Below are positions 1 through 12,690 of a stretch of 64,000 bases of DNA, piece after piece. Every line of letters starts with the position of its first letter. The first letter of the stretch is position 1. A model generated the notes under the pieces. The model made no database searches. It was not told where the DNA came from and worked only from the letters and a program-made list of their open reading frames with translations. Source of the stretch: Candidatus Gottesmanbacteria bacterium RIFCSPLOWO2_01_FULL_43_11b (GTDB lineage: Bacteria > Patescibacteriota > Microgenomatia > UBA10105 > UBA927); contig MFJV01000001.1 in assembly GCA_001780985.1 (NCBI GenBank), forward strand, positions 364,049-428,048. Direction: 5' to 3'. The position numbers were made by a program, and so were the translations under genes.

Positions 1-3000
1 CGATCGTAGCCAGTCGGGTGACGTCTACACGCGGATTACCAGATACGATTTCAACTCTGTCAATTTGGAATATATTAAGGTCATATGAATCTGGGCTAAA
101 AGACGCTGCAATCATGCCCGGCTGCACTGGTATACCACCGGTATCTACAACTACACCGTTTAGTACAATTAATCTTGAAGGATTAGTAGTTGCCACCGGC
201 GCGGGAGCGACTGCGGGTGGTTGCGGAGGCGGAGGAGCGGGTGGTGGAGCTGACGGGAGATTTTTTTTGGCTTCCGCAACAATTACCCGAGCCGCCATTT
301 CCACAATCTTTTTCATTTGATTTGGAGCTATATCTCCTCGTGCTTTTTCAAGCGACGGTTCAAACTGTATGGATTGATTGATTGCGTCGATGATGCTTCC
401 TGTTACAACCGCCTCGCTATCTCCACGAGTGAGCTCTGTCGTTGCTTGGGCAACAAGCTGTGTTTTTAATCCCGCTAAGTATGATTCAACCAGTAACTCT
501 GGCGCTGATTTCTGTTGCTGCTCACCAAAGTTTTTCATTTCTACCCAAAAGAATTTGTTTGTTTCTTTCCCGCTTGTATCCAAAAGCATTGCCGCAGCAA
601 TGTCTTTCGGCCAAATGAAGCCTGAAAAAGCGCCGACATTCCAAGCGGAGGGAACCGTGTAGATTCTAACTTTCGTCTCAACCCCGTCTATCAATGCCGT
701 TCCTTCAACTTTCTCCTTTGACAAAGCGACGGTAATATCATGACGAACCTGCGTATCTCTATTTTGTGCTAGTTTGGTTCGCATTGCCGCTTGGAAAAGC
801 TGTCTTCCTTTAGTCCCAAATCCGAGAATCGATAGTGTTTTATCCGAGCTTGTTATCGTCTGCAACCGATCAGGTGTAGCTGTCGGCGCAGAGGGTTGAG
901 CTGGCGCGGGTTGAACGGCTAGTTCCGGTGTTTTGGCCGCTGGTGCAGCATGCGATTGTAATAGATTAACAATGGCTACATATTCTGCAGATATCTGATC
1001 CGGTGTTTTATTTGTCGCGTCGATACGTAAATCGTATCCTAAATTAGTCACCGTAGCGCCGTGCTGAAGCAAAATCTGCTTATTTTCCTCCGAAAGAGTC
1101 TTTCCGTCGAAACCTATATCCGTTACGGGCCAACTTTTTCCACTGGCATCCGAATACACAGTTGTAATGTTTTTATTGCGCAATACATTCCCAGCTTGCA
1201 CCAAGGGAGCCTCAAAAATTGCCTCAACAGGTCCTAAGGTATAGGTAATTTTTGCCCGCGCAAAATCATCTTGAATAGCTTTTTCCGTTAAATCTTTGAA
1301 TATCGGATCAGTCCGTAAATACTCTTCATACAGTTTCAAACGTGCATCGGCATCTGATTGTGTATTAATTACGCCCATTGCTGCTTCAACCGGCGCAATC
1401 GTACTCCATGCCACAGGGATAAATTTACTTCCCGCTCCCGGGTACGGATTTGTGACAAATCCAGCCGGCGGCTCATAGGGTTTAATTTGTGTAACTAATT
1501 CAGCAGTTTTTGTACGCGACCATTGCGCAAAGAGCGCAGAGTCAACATCATCATGTTTGATCACTTCTAATTCACTTTGTATAGCATTTGATATAGCGTC
1601 TGTCGTTGTAAAATTGAGAGCTGAAACCCGACTGACTATTTCTGACTGGATTTCTTTGGTAAGGAGGCTATTAAGAATAGTAAATGCATTCGTTCGCTTT
1701 TGTTGAACCGCACGGCCCTCTTTGACAATTTTTGCAACCTCCGATCCCGGATTAAGCCGCTCAACCATAGAGAGGAGCACTTGCGGCCAGCCCGGTGCAG
1801 CAGGTAATACGCGCTCCCCAACCGGCGCTTCTACTGTGCCGATCGCAATCAAAGCGTCGCGACGAGCGCGTGCCAACGGGTACGCGGATTGGCGAAGGCT
1901 AATGGAGAGATTAAGCGCTTCTTGTGCAACTGCCTGCTCTGTCCGAACAGTTGCAATTGCTCCCGTGAGGGTAGCTGGGTACATCTGCATGAATACACGA
2001 TAATCAATGCTTACAAACACATCCCTGTAATCTTCAAATTTCTTGATGCGCGTGTTATTTGCTTCGATAAGCAGTCCTAGTCGGTAATGTTCTACCTCCA
2101 GAGGCGTATCTATCACATTGTCAATAACTCCTGAATCCTCATACTGTTTCCGCTGCGCTTCAAACCGGGCGTTCTCCTCGCGCATTGCAATAATTTCCTC
2201 CAGCCAGTATGTCCGCATCGCCTCGATAAGAGCAGCATTCTTCGGCGTACTTTCAAACTTGTCGAGATCCTTCTGCCATTTGTCAGCTATGTCTCTGGTT
2301 GTATCGCGCCACGCTTTATTTTGCTCATAACCCCATACAGCAATCCCGTAGCCGTCATCAGCAGTCGAGGAAAGATCGCTGTAAAGGTTTTTCCGCGCAG
2401 TGTAATACTCTTGGAGCGCTGCATCTGTAACTGCGCCTGCGTAGTAGCCGATAAGTTGGCTTGCCCAACCGGCAACCTTATCCTGGAACTTTCGTCCTAC
2501 CCCGAAGAACGACGCGAAACGCTGGAGAACTTCCGCGGTATCCGGCTCTGCAGAGAGAGCAGCAAGCTTTGTCTTCTTCTCATTTATTTGATTCGTTACA
2601 GCCGACAGTTTTTGTTGCAGATCAGGAATTTCACCGATGCGTATATCCGGATCCTTAAGTTTTTCGAATTTATCGATTCGAGATTGAAGATTCCCCTGTT
2701 CTCCTTTAACTTCTCCAAGGCTTGCCGCGAGTCGATCATGACGGCGCTTGCTCTGTTGTTTTTGTGCGTCGGCGATGAGTGTCTCCTGCCCTTTCACCTG
2801 CAGTTGCCAGACCGCGATATCAAGTTCGTTCGTTCCAGTCGCAAAATCAACACCGCGAGTAATTAACTGTTGCAGCCGAGCAATTTCTGCAGTCGCACCG
2901 TCGATACGTGCTTGCTCTATCTTGAATGTCGCATCGAGCGGTGTATATTCAGTCTGAAGCTTCCCGACTCTCTCTGTAATATCAGCCAGTCGTTGAGAAA

Positions 3001-6000
3001 GCCGATTGCGTTCTTTTTGTTTTTGAGCAATTATCTTCTCAGTGCTTTTTCTTTCCCGCTCTAACGAAGCCAATTCCCGTTCAAGAGCTCGCCTCCCATA
3101 TAAATCTGGGTCGACAATTGCAGCCCAGACTGCGTCGAGCCCACCGTAAAAGCCTGGCCGATCCGTCACGTCCCACGCTTTGAGACGGTCCTCGAGGAGT
3201 TGTTGTTTTGCCGTAAGTCTCACCTCTGCCTTTTCCTGATTAGCTCGGGCTGTTTCATCGAGCTCGATTCCGTTGAGTTCCAATCGCAGCGCACCGTCTC
3301 GCACAAATTCGGCGAGTGCATTCACTCTCTGGGGAATTCTTCCAATAATGGTCAAAACTCGTGAAATAAATGGCGTCCCGACCTTCTCCTTCGTTTGCTT
3401 CTCAAGATCTGAAATTTGATTGTCGAGAACCTGTACTGCCCGCTGGGCTAACCCAGTCTTGGTCAGCGTTCCGTCAGCGTTAAATAGCGGACCAGCAATA
3501 ACGTCTTTTTGAGCACTCCTCCGGGCGGATTTGAGCTGATCGAGTTTTTTCGAAAGCTGCCCAAGTTCAGCTTTGTTGGTTGCCCGAGAGAGCCACCGCG
3601 TCCAAATGCTGGAACGGAAGGAAGCAACGAAATCTATATAGGCGTGTGACTGTCGCTCACTCCATTTGGTAAGCGTATCGGACATATCGGGAACCAAATC
3701 CCGGGCAAGTTGAGCATTTTGCCTGGTTAAGAATCCGAAAGAAACCGTTGCTGCGCGTGGTGCCCATAAGAGTTGTTTGGTTGTCCATGTTCCTGTTCGC
3801 GAAATCCAAGTTCCGACAACTCGTCCCCCGGCCACAAACCACTCGGCCCCACGCGGATCAAGAGTCTTCCAAAATCCTTTCCAAAGCTCACTGACAAGAT
3901 TGATTTTCTCCGGGGCTGCATCATTGACAACCGGCTCAACAACGGCAATCTCTTTTCTTCTAAATAGATCTCTCAATCGGTCAAAGAGACTCTTTCTTGC
4001 AGGTGTCGCTGCAGTGACTGTTGTCGCAATACTTCGAGATGCAACTGCTTGCGCAATGATTGCCCCGGAAACCTGAGGTGAGTCGAGAATATCGACTGCG
4101 GCATCAAACGTTATTCCTGTCTTAACCACAATTTCGTTGATTGCGCTGTTATAGGGATCAAGGAGCTGGGCTACTATTTCTTGATACGTTCCACCGCTTG
4201 TCAACGCAACTTCAACGGCTTTTGTTTCAAAGTTAGAAACTGCAATAACCATCGCTTCATCAGGAGAAACTAAGGCACCCGGTAGTGCAGTAGAAAGACG
4301 CCTGGAAACATCAGCTCGGTGAACAACATCAAAATTAATCGCATCGACGCTTACTATATCAGACTCTTCTGGTGCAAGCGTTCCTGTAGAAAGAATTCTC
4401 TGGGCAGAAACAATGCCTGAAATAATCTCTACTCGTTGGGAATCAGTCAATAAGATGAGATTTGCACTTCCGTCTGCTGCTTTAGGTAATCCTGCAAGCA
4501 TCGTCCTGGTAGAAGTTATCACCTGATTCAGTCTAACCGGACTAGTGAAATCAACTGCTGGACGAACGACAGCAACAGGTGCAACTCCACCTGGTAGAGG
4601 AAGATCTTCTGTAGAGACAATTGGTTGACGTACGCGAAGCTCTTCGAATACTCTGCTCCACTGGGCTCGAGCTATTTGGTCCTCTGCTCGTGCTCCTCCA
4701 AAGTAGCGCTCGGAAAAATCGCTTGCCGCGTAGCGGTCTGCGAGTAATTCAAGATATTGGTTGTGGCTGGTCGGTTCGGTAACAGGCGTCCCTCCTCGAG
4801 CACCAGCGAGAAGTTCAATAAATTCGTTGTAACTTCGCAAACGAGAAATGCCCAGTTCCCGTTGAAGTTCTGCTATGGGTATGCCGGACTTCTCGCTTGC
4901 CTGACTGAGAATTTTTTCAATACGAATCTGCCCATCCACGACGGTATCGTAGACTGCGCGAAGTCCATCAACAGGTGTTTCGTTAATTCGGGATAATTGA
5001 ATTTGCGCTGTGCGCTCAGACTCAATTCTGGCAGCCTCCATAAGCGCCGTCACTTCGGTACGTGCAGTTCCCGTCACGCGCTTGGTAAGCAGATCAGCAA
5101 GTCTGCTTGTGATATTCTTTGTTACCGCCGTTGCTCCACGAATCGCTCCTCTGGTAATCTCTTCACGGACAAACTCTGTTTGATACTCTCGGAACACCCG
5201 GTCGACGACATTGCTTGCATTGACGCCAGATAGTTGCCTTGGATCATTGACGCGCAACCACTGTTCGTATGATTTTGTTTCTAAAAGTTTGTCAACTTCT
5301 GCATTCGTGTAGCCTTTATCGAGAAGTTCACGTTTTATTGTTGCGCTATCGACGGTGCGGGCCCACACACGATTTCTCGCGGTTTGCTGGATGCTCGTTT
5401 CCAAAAGTGTCCGTTGCCCATTCACATTTACCCAATGAGTATCAAAGAGCGGCGTCATATCAACTTGCTCCACTCTCCCCTTAAAGACGACCATGACCTC
5501 TTCCGGGGTAAGTCTGGTCCCTTTGTATTGATACCCTACGAGAATTTCAGGTCTATTCGGATCAAATTGGATAAATTCCTTCTGCCATAAAGAAATATCT
5601 TTAACTAGTTCTCCCGGGGTAATTTCACCATTCGGCCCAACTTCGACGATTCTGAATCCATCCGCCTCAATGATTCCAAGAACTTTCAGTCTTTTCCCGC
5701 TCGCAGTAAGACTTGTAGCGCGTGATCGAACCACTTCACGAGCGTACAAATCATATGAAATCACATCATCAGCAATAGTAACAACGAGTGCTTTATCTTT
5801 CGGAACCGTTCCCATTCCATTATTGATGAGTGTTGTAGCGCTATCTTCAATAACGAGCTTTGTCGGAGTAGAAATCGGCGGAGACGTATCGCCGAAACGT
5901 GAAAGGCCATTGAGACTCGCAGCAACTTGAGCTGTTGCCGTTGTATGAACCCCTTGCCGGGCAAGAAGTTCAAAGCTGGTAATTTCAATGGACCTCCCTG

Positions 6001-9000
6001 ATATTTCAAGATCCCCCGCTTGTAAGAAACCACGCCGTTCAACGGGAATGCCGGCAGCTTCGAGCATATTTGCCCCTTCTGTTTGAAGAACAATCCTGCC
6101 AACTGCGTCTTGGTACATTTCTCCCGTTTCACCACCGCGATGCGCAAGGGCAATGGTTACCCCGTCGGCACCAATTTTTATACTGTTACCAGGCACCGTG
6201 GAATTATAAATTTGCCAAAATCTTCGCAACCCCTCATAACGAACCGTGAGTGATGCGGCGCTATCTGCAAGCACCGTATCGCTATACCCAGTAGAACGAA
6301 ATGTATCAAAATCAGCAATTACTGTATCAGGGCTACCTGTAAACTTTTGTTTGACAAGATTGAGAGCATCTCGTGCGACTCGATTTTCCGGAATATCAAC
6401 AAGCTTCCCTAACTCAGAATCAACAAGCGCTTCGTAGGAACGGCGAACGAGCGTTGTATCGATAGGTTGAGCAACTTTACCGTTTTCTTTAAAAAGAACC
6501 TGCGTATCCCGACCTTGACTGACGCGCTCGTTATATGCTCTGGCAAACTCTCTGACTGGCTCGAGGCCGAGTACTTCACCGACGATATCAACAACGCGGG
6601 CACCAACAGTCTGACCGAATTTAGACTGCAAACCTGCAAACATTGCAGGATCATTAAGCCGGCTGATTGCAACAGGCGGATCAACAGAGACACTCCATGT
6701 TTTACCGACAAAGGTTTGAATTTCATCGGTGAGCCATTTGTTAAACTCGGGTGCGCCGTTAAAAATCTCGGCAAAGACTTCTGCATGTGGATTATTTGCA
6801 GCAAGCCGTTCTCCGAGAATCTTACCCCACGCGGTGCTATTTATATCCGTGACGACTACAAATCCGCGACCGCCATTTTTGGCGGTGTTGATATACCGTC
6901 GTACTTGAGAAGGATCGACTTTTTCGTTTGTACGTATATCAAACCATCCATTTTGTGAATCAAATCGTAACACTTTCGTCTTGTTAAAAAGCCCGCCGCT
7001 TTTATCTTTAATGAGATTGGCAAACTCTTGAGGAGCATTACCTCCAGGAAAGCTATCAAGCGTAATTCTTCCAAGCTCTGCGTTCCACAAGTCAATGAGT
7101 CGGTGTACAACTGATGTTTTTCCAGCACCGGCGAGTTTTTCGAGCGTGGTCGGGTTATTGGTTGATAAGCCCTCCAAAACAAGTTTGACTTGATCTGGAG
7201 TGAGTGTGACGGGTTTGTCGAACGCCTCGTTTGCAAAAAGGTCAATAAATTTGTTGGCTCTCTCTATAGAACGCGCAGTATACCCATCAATGCCTGATTT
7301 TGCGCCCAAATACCTTCCTTTTTCCCCGATTATTTCTATTGGACCAACACCTTCAACTACCTGCTTTGCGTAGGTATCGACGAGTTTTCCGTAATCTCCG
7401 GTGATGCGGTTGATAATTTGCTGCGGCCCGCGACGTACCGCCGCACCAACTCGATCTAAGAAGTCTCTTATACGGGGCTCTGCCCGTGTTTCTGCTGCTA
7501 CGTGAGGTGCCACTGCTGCAGCAACAGGTTCACCACCAACCTGATGACTTGCCCACGCTGCAATTGTCTCCGGTGTTGAGTAAAATCCGAGTCGCTCGGT
7601 AAGATTGCCGCGAAGATTAAGAGCTTGTGCAACTCTCCCCCTGATCGAGTTTGTGTAGGAAAATTCTAGTTGGAATGCCTGAACACTTTTTTCAATATTT
7701 GTGTATGTTGCTCTCTCCCTGGCAACATCAGTTAACACCCTGGTTACACTTCGGGGGGTAACTCTTTGGAGTTGTTCCATATTGGAAAGTCTCTCTTGAG
7801 CCAAAGTAAGTCTTTTATTTGCTGCCTCAAGCGCCGATGGCTCCCTCCCCGCTCCCCTTAGCTCTTGGGCAACGAGTCGCAATCGTTCAACTTCTCCACT
7901 TAACCGGGTAATTTGCGCATCAAACTGTTCACGCGGGTGTGTAATAAGATAAAGTTCGTCTTCAATAAATTGACGTTCGTTTCCGGATTTAGCTAACTCA
8001 TCGAGTGAGAGTTTTAGCTGTGAGTGTATGCCGCGTTGAATTGCAGTCTGAGTTTTGATTGCAACTTGTTCTTTGACTGCCGTTATCTCTTCCAGTTTTG
8101 CATTGTAGCGACCTTCATATTGAAGTTTCTGCCCTTCGGTAAATCCACCAACATTTTCTTTCGTCAAACGCTCGAATTCTGTTTGAAGTTCTTTCAGTTT
8201 TGCCGATTCTGCTGCCGCTTTACTCGCATCACTTCGTGAAACAGACTGGAGTGCTACTCTTTCTGAAGAAATTTTTGCTTGAACCTCAAGAATTTTACTC
8301 GTTGCCAAGTCAAGACCTCTCGGGAGTATATCGGCTCTTCCTTTTAGTGCTTTATATTCTTTAAGTGCGGCACTCAATTCTTTTTGCGCATTGGTCCATG
8401 ATTCAGGCCTACCCGAGAGCCGTATGCCGTTCGCGTTTCCTTCGACAAAACCTACCTGAAACATTGCTTCTCGAAGCCTTGTGGCAATTTCTTGACGCAG
8501 AGACAGATCGATGGGTTTTTCAACACCGTCTATTTTTACAAGTTTGCCGTTTTCATTTACCCGCAGTTCTTTTGCTAACAGTTCCACCTCCGCAAGTCTC
8601 TCACGCGGCCCTTCACTTACAGTCGGTCTGGTTTCTGCCTGGGCATGGCCTTTGAGAGATAATCCAGCAAATGAAAGCGCCATGAGACAATTTTGATCCG
8701 GCGCTTTTCCTTGAAGTACCGGCGCGCATGCGCTTGCGGCAAATGCGCTGTTAACGGTTTTGTCGGCTCCCGCAATGACATTGGCTTGTGGTCCATAGAT
8801 AAAATTAGAGGGCGCAAATAATCGGTATCCACCCAAAACCGCCATTGTGCTACTTATTGCGCAGTTGACACCATCACCTTTCGAACAAGCTTCGTATGCT
8901 GGTACCCCGAAGGCAACGACCTGCGCTCCACCGAGAACGCGATTGGCAACCGGAGATTGCGTGAGACGAATCAAAGGATTAAACACTGCTCGAAAACCCT

Positions 9001-12000
9001 CTTGAGTCGTAGGTGCTACCTGCCTTCCAATTGCAGCAATTGCTTTTTCTTGCGCGTCTTTGGTAATTGCATCCGTTACTCCCTGTTTAACTGAATTTGC
9101 CGAAACTTTTCCTACTGTTACTACAACTCCAGGTTCAGCTCCAACGAGAGCAAGCGATGTTGCACCCTGAATAAGCGCACTTCCCGCCACAAAAGTCATC
9201 GCACTGCTTCCGGCACAGGAGGCTCCTTGCTCAAACGAACGAATCCCGTAACAAACCTCGGCTGTTTGAGCAAAGCTATCTCCGGTCATCTTTGCAGACA
9301 ACATTGTCGAGACAACTTGAGGACCGACTTTCCAGGTCATAACCGCAGATCCCAACCGCGCCATAGAACCAATCCCCAGCCCCAACGTTGCGGTCTCACC
9401 GACAATTTGGCCAGTCTGCATGAGGCGGCCACTCGTTCCCTCCCACCACGTTGCGAGACTGTGGTCGCCAGCTTGCCACTTTTTATCCGCTTCCCCCGTG
9501 CGAAGCACTCCTCGGATTGAAGACCCATTCGTATGCTGGTTGAGCCACAATCCTGCTTGAACGAGTTGATTATCCCAGTCGATAGATTCTTTTAAGCCGG
9601 AATAGTCAAAACCCAAAAGCACCTGATCAACATGACTAGCTTGGTCACTGACATTGGAGCTTGCTAGAAGGTAATCTATATCATCTTTAACAGTGAGATA
9701 ATCTTGAAATTGACCAACCCGACACTCATCAATATCCGAAATCCCTTGCGATTTGCATTTTTGCATAACCGAAGATTTCTCAAACGATGCGTCATAGTAT
9801 GATTTTGTTTGTGGCGGTAACGAAGATATATATGCATCATAGAAAAGTTTTTGTGTCTCTTTCGTGAGCTCCTTCTGTTCATTCAAACACGTCTCTCTAT
9901 CTGAAATGCCTGTAAATCGAGTGCAACCGCTCGCGCTCGGCTGCGTAACTATTCCTTTCAGAGTTTGTGCGACTGTTGTTGAATCTATCTTTCCGCTTGA
10001 TATACCACGGGAGAGCCAGTTTGGATCATCAGCAAAAAGCGCAGTGATACTCTTCTCAACCGGACTCTGGAATGTTTTCCGAATAAAATCTCCGCTCCAC
10101 CATGGTCCGTCAAGAACAATATCATTTTGTAAATCATACGCAGCAGCACGTTGGATGTTTTGAAAATCTTCAATCGTAACATTTGGGTTTGACTCTCGGT
10201 ACGTTAAGAATGCTTGAGCCACTTCCGGGGCAAAGTTGCTCTTGACATACGAGGTGACGTTCTTGTTGTAGAGTTCGTAAAAATTCTCTTTATCTTCTCT
10301 GCCTTTCTCTCCGCTATCCCAGATCGTTCGGATTTCATACGTGTCTCCCTCTGTCTTAACCGCTTCACGCCTGACATAAAGACCGGTCACTGCGTCCTGC
10401 TCAATATATGATTTACCGGCAATTGCAACGCGTTCAATGCCCGTCGCCGGATCAATAACGCGAGTTCCCTCAACACAATCTCCTTTGCTACAGATTCCTG
10501 AATCACAAGTTTTGTTTATCGTCGCCGTCCCGTGGAGGTTTTTGATGACCGTAGCAACCCCTCCGCCGTCGGGAGTACACTGCGCAATTTTTTCTGGAGC
10601 AAGTTGGATAAACCCAAGCCATTGCTTTGCCGGTGTCACCTTTTGTTCAAATCCGCCGACCGGGGCGGGAATATAATCCGGAAGGAACTCTTCGGGGAGA
10701 ACACCGATGAGAATTTTTTGTGCCGCTGCCGCATCGTCACACTCCCTGCTCTCCCGTCTTTCGGCAAAATTACGAGAAACCGCATCGCGGCAATTTTCGA
10801 TAACGACACTTGCATTGCCGGACTGAAGTGCTTCGAGAATGGGGAGGTACTTTTGCTCTATCTTTTTCCTCGACTCTTCTGCCGCAGCCAGAAGTTTCGG
10901 TATCGCGGCGTCTGCTTCGCTACGTAGATTTTCCGGAAGTTTTGCTCTGTATTTGGCTGCTTCACTTTCATTTCCGGCAATCTTCGCGTTAATGTAGTTT
11001 TCGTAGTTTGTATAGTTGGTTGTGACAGCAACTGCAACTTTCGGATTCCAACTCTTGAGATCACTAAGTACCTGATTTGGATTAACGCATGCTACACCGG
11101 GAGTTTGCTTACATTTCTCCCACTCAAATTTTGCGTTTGCATATTCAACAAAATATTTATTTTGAACATGGTCGGTAAAATTTTCATCTAACGCTTTTTT
11201 ATCTCCGTAGAGTCCCCCTGTTTCAATAAATGCCTTGTTCATTGCCAGTTGATATCCACTGCACCCTATCGACCCAAAGCTTGCCCCGCTTCCGACCTTA
11301 CACTGTTCATATAATTCTTTTTTTTCAAAATATTCCCCAATGGCAAGTTGAGCTTTCAATGGCTGACTTAATTTGGCTTTTTGAACAGAGTTGAGTATTC
11401 CAAGATTACTCAGCGCTTGATCTTGGCACGATGTACTGTTCGCATTTGGCTGCCCCATGCACGTCTCAAATTTTTTCTGAGACTCTGCCAGTGCGTTTTG
11501 TTTTTTTGCATACAAATCAGCCAAACGCTCATTAGTGATTACATAGTACCTGCCTCCCAAAACGAAATATTCACCTCGTTCAAGTTTATTTGCTTCTGTT
11601 CTTGATATTTCCTGACGTGCGTACTCAGGAATAGCATTGGTATCCGGCACACAATATGCTTGGCCAGTACAATCTATCCATTGGAGAAATCCTCCGGAGC
11701 CTTTTCCACAGGCATAGTAATGATCCACGCCTCCCACAACATTACCGATAACAATCGATCCCTCACTGCGTCCGCCGCAATTTCCTCCCGCCGAAGTGTC
11801 TGCCCCTGCTGCCAACAGTTCTTTTTTCTGCTGCTCTTCAAACGGTACACTCTGTACAGCCTCCTGCGTTTTTGATCCTTCATACCAACTCGGTTTATAT
11901 TTTTCCGTAAGATTTTCTTCGGTGACTCCTACATCGAGTGCTGTCAAATCAATATATTCCCCTGTTCCGCCATCACACCCGTAAATGTGATGTGCCTCTC

Positions 12001-12573
12001 CGATGACAATTGCTCCTGCGTCAATTCCACCACAACCCTTATTTCCCCGTTTCAAATCCGGTAGCGTTGGGGTTTGCGGAGGTTGCGGGGTTTCAACCGG
12101 AACTGGGGTTTCAGGTGTCATTTTTTCAGATTCTTTCGGAGTTGTACTAGGAATAACAGGCTCAAGAATCTCTTCTTTCCGGCACATACGTAAATCCGCT
12201 CCGGTAAAACCAGCGCAAGGGTCTATTGGGGTTGTTGGCTGTTGGGGCTCTTCAGCCGGTTCCGGCTTTTCTGGTTTCTCCGGCTTGGGTTCTCGTTTCT
12301 CATCGCCTTTATACGATCCGCCCGTTGATTCTTTTGGAACCCACGCTAAACTTCGAATATCAAACGTCTGATTCCGCACACTTTGTACTACAAAAACCAT
12401 GCTGGTGGAAAATACGACAAGTAGTAAAAGAGGGAGAAGGTGAATGATGCCACGTTGACTATTGCTTTCTATAAAGAAATGTATCAATCGTGAGGATTTT
12501 TGGAATGAAATGTGAAATTTCCTAATGTTAATAAATACTGCAACCCGGGCAAGAATAATTTGCATGCGCAAAA
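1..12573 (-). CDS. Giant secreted/surface-type multidomain protein of unknown function, partial. It continues past window position 1, so more than 4,190 aa lie inside the window. Start is ambiguous among ATG 12573, ATG 12555, TTG 12467 and ATG 12400.
   Basis: By-eye reverse-complement translation gives one continuous frame. ATG at 12400 and the in-frame Met at 316 share the same frame (both coordinates are 1 mod 3). The ORF track reports no minus-strand ORF in that frame anywhere in 320..12400, so the frame has no internal stop in the window; other frames show only short shadow ORFs. N-terminus: ...RGIIHLLPLLLLVVFSTSMVFVVQ (hydrophobic anchor), then EKREPKPEKPEKPEPAEEPQQPTTP, then two Cys modules (GCGGIDAGAIVIGEAHHIYGCDGG and NCGGRSEGSIVIGNVVGGVDHYYACGKGSGG). 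Later regions are Gly/Ala-rich hydrophobic and coiled-coil-like. AGGGAAG lies 7 nt upstream of ATG 12573. Confidence 0.75.
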
Positions 12574-12651
12574 AACTCGACATTATCGAGCTTCCCTATT
12601 ATTACTATGGATAACAAATGTAATCATGTCAAGAACGTGAAAACTGGGGGT

Positions 12652-12682
12652 TGACAAATTTAAAAGTTCTTATCAAACTGTG
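12652..12682 (+). promoter_or_regulatory. Sigma70-like promoter candidate (TTGACA -35, AT-rich -10 region) upstream of the 70-aa membrane-protein gene
   Basis: gggggTTGACAaatttaaaagttcttatcaaact, located 9 to 35 nt upstream of ATG 12691. Confidence 0.3.
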
Positions 12683-12690
12683 AATAGAGT

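Noticed and set aside
7140-7190. Possible P-loop (LAGAGKTSV) inside the giant protein
   Set aside because: Spacing does not fit GxxxxGK[ST]; only one residue separates the glycines. No Walker B partner was recognised.
1636-11883. Thirteen short minus-strand and many plus-strand ORFs (60-181 aa) listed by the track within the giant gene
   Set aside because: All lie in frames other than the continuous coding frame; every minus-strand one has an end coordinate of 0 or 2 mod 3, against 1 mod 3 for the gene. They have low-complexity, Cys/Arg-rich compositions typical of shadow ORFs.
320-12400. Absence of long ORFs in the track suggested non-coding DNA, a heavily disrupted pseudogene, or an alternative genetic code (for example UGA recoding as in some CPR)
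   Set aside because: Direct reverse-complement translation shows one stop-free frame under the standard code. The rest of the window also has normal long standard-code ORFs. The long ORF is simply not reported because it has no stop codon inside the window.
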